A stretch of DNA of 64,000 nt from the human T2T-CHM13v2.0 reference genome, Homo sapiens, in NCBI RefSeq assembly GCF_009914755.1, contig NC_060934.1. One strand, 5' to 3'. This document shows, piece by piece, positions 56,005-64,000 of this stretch. Numbering within the stretch: the first letter of the stretch is position 1; every line of letters starts with the position of its first letter. Made by a program: the position numbers and the translations under genes. The notes below the pieces were generated by a model, which did no database searches, was not told the DNA's origin, and saw only the letters and a list, made by a program, of their open reading frames with translations.

Positions 56005-56443
56005 TGCTCTTAATCTTCTAGGGCTTCCTTAGCAAGGTACCACAAACTGGGTGGTTTAGAACCACAGATATTTATCATCTCATAGTTCTTGAGGCTAGAG
56101 GTCTGAATCAAGGTGTTGGCAGTTGTGCTCTGGTGGTTGCTGGCAAAGTTTTGTGTTCCTTGTCTTGAAGCTTCATGAAGCCAATCTCTGCCTTTGTCAT
56201 CCTATGTCGTTCTCCCTGTGTGTGTCCCTATCAGCACCTGGCTGTCTCTTCTTATGAGGACACCAGGCATATTGAACGAGGGGCCCAGCCCACACTAGTC
56301 CAGTATGAGCATATGCTAACTACTTGCATCTGCAATAACCCCATTTCCAAACAAGATCTCATTCTGAGCTACTGGAGGTTAAAACTTCAACATATTTTTG
56401 GGGGAAGTGGGGAAGAAGAGAGAGATGCAATTCAACCCATAAA
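56005..56443 (-). mobile_element. MaLR LTR MLT1B/C
   Basis: 'taccacaaactgggtggtttagaaccacag...tcaaggtgttggcag...catctgcaataaccccatttccaaacaag...aattcaacccataa'. Confidence 0.85.
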
Positions 56444-56475
56444 AATGTCCGACCATAGGACATCAAGGACCATGT

Positions 56476-56837
56476 TGTATTAGACCGTTTCATGCTGCTG
56501 ATAAAGACATACCTGAGACTGGGTAACTTACAAAGAAGAAGAGGTTTAATGGACTCACAGTTCCATGTGGCTGGGGAGGCCCCACAATCAAGGTGGAAGG
56601 CGAAAGGCGAAAGGCACAGGCAGCAGGCGAGAGAGAGAATGAGAACCAAGCAAAAGGGGTTTCCCCTTATAAAAGCATCAGATCTCATGAGACTTCTCCA
56701 TTACCACAAGAACAGCATGGGGGAAATTGCCCCCATGATTCAATTATCTCCCATCGGGTCCCTCCCACAACATGAGGGAATTTTGGGAGCTGCAATTCGA
56801 GATGAGATTTGGGTGGAGACACAGCCAAACTGTATCA
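56476..56837 (-). mobile_element. Solo THE1B LTR
   Basis: 'tgtattagaccgtttcatgctgctgataaagacatacctgagactggg...acagccaaactgtatca'; perfect 5-bp TSD catgt (56471-56475 / 56838-56842). Confidence 0.93.
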
Positions 56838-58149
56838 CATGTGATTTTAGTGGTTCGTCACAGGCCATCTGGGATTGTCTTACTACAGTGTTCAAGGGAT
56901 CTGGCAGAGCAGGCCCAGAAGGCTCTACTCAATTACATGAAAGACATCTCAGGTTCTTCTGACACCCATTCCTGCTATATTTCTTCTGGTACCTCGGTTC
57001 ACACAAATGGCTCGTGGAGAGTTTCTTATGACCAGTTGACTGAGGAAAAACTGCTCAGCCCTGGCATACAGATGGTTCTGCTTGAATTGCTGGCACCAAC
57101 CAGAGTGGACTCCTAGAGCGTTACACACTCAATAAAGAGAATCTGAAAGACAGCAGGCAGTAAAAAATCCTCCCGGTCAGCAGAAATTTGAGCTCAGTGA
57201 GTTGTTGCAGACATGTTCAGAAGTGAGAATCAGGGCTCACTTGTGGGCACTGGCTAATGGTTTTCCTGATGGTCCTAGGCTTGAAAATGATAGAATTGGA
57301 ATGTAGGTGACAAGGAGTTCTGGGGAAAAGGCATGGGCTGTTATTCTTGGAATGGATGCGGCCTGAAAAGATATTTGTGTCCCAAGAGCAATGCTCACAG
57401 AAGTGCATCCATGGCAGAAGAGACCATCAATAGCCAAGCAGGTGACAGGGCGTGTTCCCAACATCTTCTTTCCTAAGCATTCCCGGGCTTTCTTTAGGGG
57501 CCAAAATTTTAACAGAAAGTGGCCATGGTGGCAGAAAGCCTAGGAATGGGCCCAAAAACATGGACTTCCCAGACCGTAGATTATGTGGCTACTGCTACAA
57601 GTCAATGCTAACCTGCCGACAGTCCTGTATGGTGCTATTTCCTGGGGTGATCGGCCAGTCACCTGATTACATATAGTTTATATGGAATCACTTCTATCAT
57701 GGAAAGAGAGCAATTCTCCTTATTGGTGTAGACACATGCTGTGGATATGGATTTGCACTCCCTGCCCCTAATGCTTTCACCAGCACCGTCGTACGTGGAC
57801 TTTAGGAAATGCTGCTTTCACCACTAGGGTTCAACACAGCGTCACTTCTGACCAAAAAACTCTTTGCACAGCAAAGCAGTGCGAACATGGACTCATGCCC
57901 TTGGCATCCGGAGGGTTCCCACACCTACCATACTCAAGAGGGTTGGGTCTATCCAAAAAATGTAGTGAGCTACAGAAGACTCAGTTAAAGCAATATCCCT
58001 AGTGGGTTGAGTTCTCTATTACAGGGTGTTGTACAGACACTTGAACAAGTCACCAGGATGCAGAGTATTTCTCCCTCAGCCAGAAGGTGTGGGTGCAGAA
58101 ATCAGGGGGTGGGAGCACAAATTGCTTCTCTTGCTGCTACACCTGCTAA

Positions 58150-58537
58150 GACAGAGTCTGTTTTTCCTGCTCTAACAGAATGCCTAAGACTGAGTAATTT
58201 ACATTCAACAGAAATGTATTGGTTCACAGTTTGGGGTGATGAGGTGTCCAATTCCAAGGTCCCAGCATCTTGTTAGGGCCTTCTTGATGTGTACCCCATG
58301 GCAGAAGGTGAGAGGAAAGAGAGAGAAAGAGAGAGACAAGGGGCCAAACTCTCCCTTTGATAGCAAACCTGCTCCTGCAGTCATGTCATGCACCCACTCT
58401 CCCCGTTACAGCATTAATTCACTTGCAACAGTAGAGACAGCATGGCTTAATTTCCTCTTACAGTTCCACCCCTCACTACTGTTACAATGGCCATTTCAAT
58501 ATGAGTTTTGGAGAGAACAAATATTTAAACCGTAGCA
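58150..58537 (-). mobile_element. MaLR LTR MST (MSTB/C/D-like)
   Basis: 'taacagaatgcctaagactgagtaattt...aaggtcccagcatct...atgagttttggagagaacaaatatttaaaccgtagca'. Confidence 0.8.
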
Positions 58538-58984
58538 CTTACTACTGCAACTTGACTGCAATTCCAGTGAATTAGACGCTGAAACTGCCACTGGACCAAT
58601 CAAGACGTCTCATAAATTTAACCTCATAGGCCCAAGGGAGAGTTCTCCACTGCTGGGCTCATTGACACCTGGTGCAGAGGGAAAATTTGGTTGGCTGCAC
58701 TCTGTGAGCGCAGGGAACAGTATGCTTGGAACTGAGAGAATTTTCTGGGACAGCTCTTAGTTCTTCCGCATCCAATAGTAAAAGTTAGTGAAAAACTACA
58801 ACAACCCAAAAGCGGATAAAGAAGAAATGAGCGGAGCCATTGCAGGCTCACACTCCAGGAATGAAGGTTTATATCACCTAATTAGGAAAGCAGGTCTGAG
58901 CAGTGGAGGAAGTCATGGAGCAGAAGGGAGTGGAAGGAGGACGCGATGATTACCTGCGGCCTCCATCACAGAAAAAGCCACAAA

Positions 58985-59287
58985 ACTGCGGGGCAGCCAT
59001 GCATCCCATGGCCTTCTGTTTCTTCTACAGACAAATCTCCCCTTGCCTTCTTTTTTAAGGATCTCTGTCATGACACTGGGCCTGCCTGGATGATCTGGGA
59101 TAATCTCCACATCTCAAAACCCTTTATGAATCATATCTGCAAAGTCCCTTAAGGATCCTCAGGTCCCAGGGATTCTGCACCTTGATTTTAGATGTTTGAC
59201 CTCCAGCACCATAGGAGGTAAACGTGCGCTGCTTCAAGCCACTGCGTGTGTGGTCCTGAGTTACGGAAGCCACAAGAAGCAATTACA
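58985..59287. mobile_element. MLT1C/D LTR with its middle part inverted relative to its 3' part
   Basis: 58990-59150 is antisense MLT1 ('gataatctccacatctcaa...tcatatctgcaaagtccctt'); 59175-59287 is the sense MLT1 3' end ('caccttgattttag...gacctccag...aagccac...aattaca'). Confidence 0.7.
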
Positions 59288-62200
59288 GATGGAGAGTGTG
59301 AATGTCTCCCAGGTGACTGCTGGGACTTTTGTTCCTCATTTTGGGACCAGGATAAGAGCTGGTGCCTCCTGTTTTATGACTGGACTCTGACTTCTATCTT
59401 CTGCTTTCTGCAGAGTCCTCATAATAGCTCTCTGGACACTGGCACAGAGGCCATGGGATGCTGAGTTGAGACCCAATTTCTGGGTAGCACATCCCATGAC
59501 AGTGGATGGCAGTTGACAGGTGGCATTCATAGAGCCTGACTTGATACCAGTTTTTCAAAGCAACATGAACCATCCATCATCATTGATGCCAAAGGTGGGG
59601 TCTACCCTTCCCTGGGCACTGCTGCAGGATACCAAGCCCACTGCCCACACAAGGAATCCTGGTCACCACCAGGGTCCCCCAGGGGACTCGGACAAGTGGC
59701 TGACGATGGTGTCACCAGCATCAGGACGCATATGGTTGTGTCAAGAGAAGAAATGAGAATTGTTTTATGTTCAGTCAGGATGACAGAGAAGACTTAAAAT
59801 GGGATAGCTACCTGGATTTTGTTTCTGAGCTCAGCTGCCATTTCCAGAACACCTGGGCCTCTAACAGGATGACACCACCATTCTCCTCTGTGGTGATCGC
59901 ATTGCTTCAGAACAGCAAAGACAGTCACGCACTTAGTGCTGTGTTCAAAAGCAAGGAAAAATAAGTTATCTCTCAAAATGTATGCAGATTCAACTCCCAC
60001 CCTTTAATAAAATGAAATAATTTAGATTAGCTCATAAGCTGTTAAGACGTCAGGCATGCCCTTATCCTGACTGAAACAGCCAGATCACGTTCTGGGTAGG
60101 GCTGGCTAACTTTGAGAGGGTATCCCTTGAAATAAGCACACACCAGACCTGGCGACATTAATTATTCCCTGGCGCAAAACCTTGACAGATGCTTAAGAAT
60201 CTTGCAAGTTGCAAAAGAGAGAGATGTTACATGAGTTTTCAAGAGATGAACTTTAAAAACTTCCATGTTAGATCAAATAAAATGATCTCTTTTACTTTCT
60301 TCAAATGGAGGGGTAAAGAGAAGAATTCTTCAAGCATGTGTTTAGTTTCCAGTCATGACTGGATTATTTGTACCAATTTAAACACAGGCTAAAATTTAAC
60401 ACTCTACAAATACATCTCTTTAGAAATCATTATTTCTACCTCTGTGAGCATGACGTGTGACCCAGCATATATTAAAGGTGTATTCCATTCATTTTTTTTT
60501 TAACTCTGATGCTGTACTGGAGTCATCCTTGCTCTGCCCTGGAGAGAAATAGCCTAATACATCTGGCATAGGAACCCAGGGGACTGGTTCCATGATAGAC
60601 CACTGCATTAGTCAATGGTAGTTTTATGTCCTTCCAAAACAGGGTAGCGAGGTTTAATGTGCTGCCAATTTCCCTCGGTAAACACATATCTACTGCAGAT
60701 AAGCTTCTCTTTCCAGATGGATGATGTTTTGCCTTTATCTAAACATTCTCTATTTATAAATCTCTTTTATTTACCTCAATAAGCAGTAAGTGTGTCTCCC
60801 ATGCAGGAAAGCCAGAGTAAATCCTAAAGTGGAAGGAAGACAGAGATGTCCACTGGGACACATGGTGTTAACCCTGTGCTGTTGAGAACCTCGTTTTGTG
60901 AATTACCAACACCATCAATAGCATATGAATTAGAAAGTTAAGGAAGGCATACTTTTAAGGTAAGAAAAACCATCTGAGTGGTCCCAAACTGTACTGCGAT
61001 TTGCACTTCTGGATTTATCAAGTCCTAAGAGCTTTCTACTGATTGTATATTAAACACACCTTTGCTTTCAGGAAAGTCAAATAGTTTTCGTCCTTATATC
61101 CATGGAGAGTTCAATTTTTGCTCAACCTTCTTATGGTACCTAAGTGCATTTCCTATGCTGGAGATAAGGACAGAGAGGCTTACAGCTAATAATAGCTATT
61201 TACCTATTCATTTTATAGTTCTTTTAATGACCATATTTTGCTGGCAATGTTGTCTTTATGTTTTTTTCCTACTGTATTTAAAGTTGTTGTCTTGGATACA
61301 GAGAACGTTGAAGCTGATAAATTACATTTCACACCTAAAGCAATCTACATTTCTGGTAGAGTGGACATTTATAGAAATGTTCTTTGCCAAAACTTTGGCA
61401 AAAGTTTTTTCTAAGGGATTTGAAAACTCTTTTTTATCCCCATTAAAAAATGAAAATCTTGGTACATCTCAATTTATCCTCAACAAAAATGTTTAGTTTC
61501 ACAATTTTTCAAGACAACTTAGTGTCACGTTGCTCCAGTAGACTTAGTGCCTTCCTGCTTGTCTTCACCCTTTGTTCTGTCTTCTTGGGGTACGGGTGAG
61601 CAGACTCTCCAGTGTGACACAGAACCTCAGCTCTCAGATTGAGTAAAGTTATGCAGACACTGTCACAGCACAGAAGCCTCCTGGCTCTGCATCGCACCAA
61701 CGTCTACCTTTGCTTTTGGCCTGAACTTTCAGTCAAACAATTCTACCTACATCAAAATTCCATAAAGAACCTGCTTTTGACGATCAGTGGCATGAGGAAT
61801 TCTGAAATGGGCATCCCTACGCCTCCTGTGACCATGCTCTCTCATAAACAATCCCAACCATAACCACTGAGCAGTGCACTTGCTCTTGGCTACCGTGCTA
61901 GTCCTGTATCCCTAGAACATCCCAAAAGCCATCAGAATGTCATGCATGATAAACTGCTCTGCAATATCCACAGCTACTGGACGTACAGTGTCCTGGCTGT
62001 GTGCATAGTCATGTTGCCCTGGTTCCACAGTGAGAACCCTCACGTCCTGCCCAGGGATCCTTTGGCCGTCCACATGGAGAAACAGGCCCCTCCTGATAGC
62101 ATTCTTGGGAGCAGTGGCTGGACCGGGCAACAGTTATAGTCAAGATTCAGGGGAGCAGAGCAAGGAGACCAGGTAGGCAGCCCATCAGTTGCACGCTACA

Positions 62201-63589
62201 GAGACCTTTAGACTCCTGCTTCCCTGCTGCCAAAGCTCCGTGGTGACCACTGCCCAACACATCCTCACAACCACAGAGCTCTAGGTTTTACCGCACTTGG
62301 TTTACCACTCTTGGTTTTACCACTGTGCTTCTTGCACAAGGATGCTACCATTTATTGTACTGAAGCTGCAGTTTCCTCTATGAGTTTCATAGAATTACCC
62401 TTTGTCTTTATAAATGATATTTAATTGCTATTCAGCATTCCATTGATACCCCTACATGGTCTGTGTATATGTGTGTTTTTGTCTGTTTATTTTCTCTCCT
62501 AGACCGCTCCTCTCCAGGTGAGGCAGTCTCACAGTGACATTGATGCTGAGGAGAATCCATCTATCCTTTAGAGCTTCTATCTGTTCTTCCAAGTATAGCA
62601 GAGAGAATCTAAATTTTATTGTAAAATTTAGCAGGAGGGATAAGCAAGCTGAAAATTTCCCTTATCCAACTTGGAGACAATCTTTTGTTACAGACTTCTC
62701 TACTCACAGATTGGTGTTTTTCTGTGTTCTCCTATAAGCCAATAGTAAGCAATTTCACAACCTCAAACAGGTTATAAGCAGCTAATATTTTGGCATGATG
62801 AGTGAAGCCATTACAAGAATTACAGAGTTACAGCCAAATAGCACAGGTAGCCAATTCAGCACAGATGGCACCAGCCACACTTGCAAATACGTTTACAACA
62901 GCGTTAGCTCACCATCCAAGGGCTTCTTGGGGTAACTACACTATAATGACCTGAAGGACTGCGCTGTGCACAGTAAACATTCCCTCATCTGCTGTCCTGT
63001 GAGGCCATTTTCCTTCTTGTCAGCTCAAAGAAATAGCATTACAACCATGTAATTTTACCCAAACAAATCACATATTGAAAAGAAGCACTGAGATAAATAT
63101 AAGAGCAGTTGGGTGCCCTGGCAATAAGTTTATGTTCTGAAATACACAGGCAGTGATGGCTCGTAAAGATCTTAGATTTTTACTGGATGGACCACTTTAT
63201 CTTAGAGTTAGGGAACTAGAGACCAGAGAGGAAAAGGCAGCCTGGGTCAAGGTCCCAGGAGAAGTACAGGGACTTCAAATTCAAGTTTCAATTTCTCATA
63301 GTGGACTTCCCTTCCTGCTCTTGATCCATGTGTCTTCTGACTTGAATAACCCATCCTCCCATGAGAATGGCCACCTGAAAGGTAACTGCTACACCTTTCT
63401 GAATTTCCAAGCTGACAAGGACTCACAGGACTGTGAGTCGCCTATGGCCACCTGACTGGCCATGGTGGAGAAGTGTGGGTCAGGGCCCACGTCTGCCTTG
63501 CAGCCCTCACAGTTTGGCCAGAGTCGGCTGTCAGTGCATGCTGTGGGATTCTGGGAGGACATGGTCAAGGTGACTATTGCAAACTGGAG

Positions 63590-63790
63590 GCACAGTGGAG
63601 CTTAGAGGCCTGGGCTCTGAAGTTAGACACTAGACAGAGGCCTTGCCTGATGCTTCAGAGAGGAAGAATTTGGGCAAGTGATTTCACCTCTCAAAGTTTC
63701 ATTTCTCATTTGTCAAGTGCTAAGCATAGGGTCTGGCTAATTAGCTCTCAAGCAATACAAATTAGCATGATTTGGAGATTTTATTGGTGT
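63590..63790 (+). mobile_element. MIR
   Basis: 'gggctctgaagttagac...ttgggcaagtgatttcacctctc...agtttcatttctcatttgtcaa'. Confidence 0.6.
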
Positions 63791-64000
63791 TTAGGGGCTT
63801 TATGTTTTCATTTGTTGTTGAAGTTGTCCTTTAGAGGGGGAGAAGGGGAGAGAAACTTCAGGTGGTAGGAGGTCTGTGCTGAATGAAGGTTACTGAGGAT
63901 GTGTGTATGTACAAGTGTGCACGTGTGCGTGTGTGCGTCAAGTTATTTAAACACACCACTAGGGTTTGAGTCCTGATTCTGTCTCTAACAACATTGGGTA

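Larger units (their letters stand above)
52330..58900 (+). mobile_element. Decayed ERVL (class III ERV) internal region with gag, pol (RT, RNase H, integrase) and dUTPase remnants
   Basis: RT 'tggagaatgactgtggattattataaatta...gctgctgttccaaat...ttactggagtaaatcaac...gctattgacttggtgaat' (WRMTVDY..L...AAVP...LLE.IN...AIDL.N). RNase H 'acagatggttctgct' (TDGSA) ~57070. Integrase 'ggtgtagacacatgctgtggatatggatttgca' (GVDT..GYGFA) ~57725. dUTPase-like 'ctgaaactgcca...gctgggctcattgacacc' ~58580-58670. Riddled with stops. Confidence 0.85.

Noticed and set aside
56565-56580. PRDM9 hotspot motif position in THE1B
   Set aside because: The minus strand reads CCTCCCCAGCCAC, the common version, not the hotspot-associated CCTCCCTAGCCAC.
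59900-61400. Repeat-poor stretch with TAAT-type and other short motifs, a possible conserved enhancer
   Set aside because: Conservation cannot be judged from one sequence, and the motifs are too short to support a call.

Overview
Primate (most likely human) non-coding genomic DNA, intergenic or deep intronic. I see no credible protein-coding exon, RNA gene or CRISPR array. The listed ORFs come from tandem repeats, Alus, or decayed L1/ERVL frames. A large fraction of the window is interspersed repeats: a ~6.7 kb old L1MC-class element, several L1PA/L1PB/L1MA 3' ends, about ten Alu/FLAM copies, MaLR LTRs (MLT1, MST, THE1), an ERVL-type MLT2 LTR, a ~6.5 kb decayed ERVL internal region with at least five nested insertions, plus MIR, L2 and MER5A/MER58A. 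There are also several minisatellites. I cannot support a new biological system here. The most notable items are: a clean L1 3'-transduction (11454-11898); a 35-bp VNTR with one perfect NF-Y CCAAT box per unit and an 18-bp kB/CACCC/G4-rich VNTR that bracket a CpG-enriched unique segment (12.8-15.8 kb); four short spaced direct duplications, one with a 116-bp perfectly identical tract next to an ~82% identical tract (gene-conversion-like); a template-switch-type perfect palindrome in a THE1 LTR; and an internally inverted MLT1 LTR. Repeat subfamily names are from recalled consensus motifs, and many boundaries are approximate.
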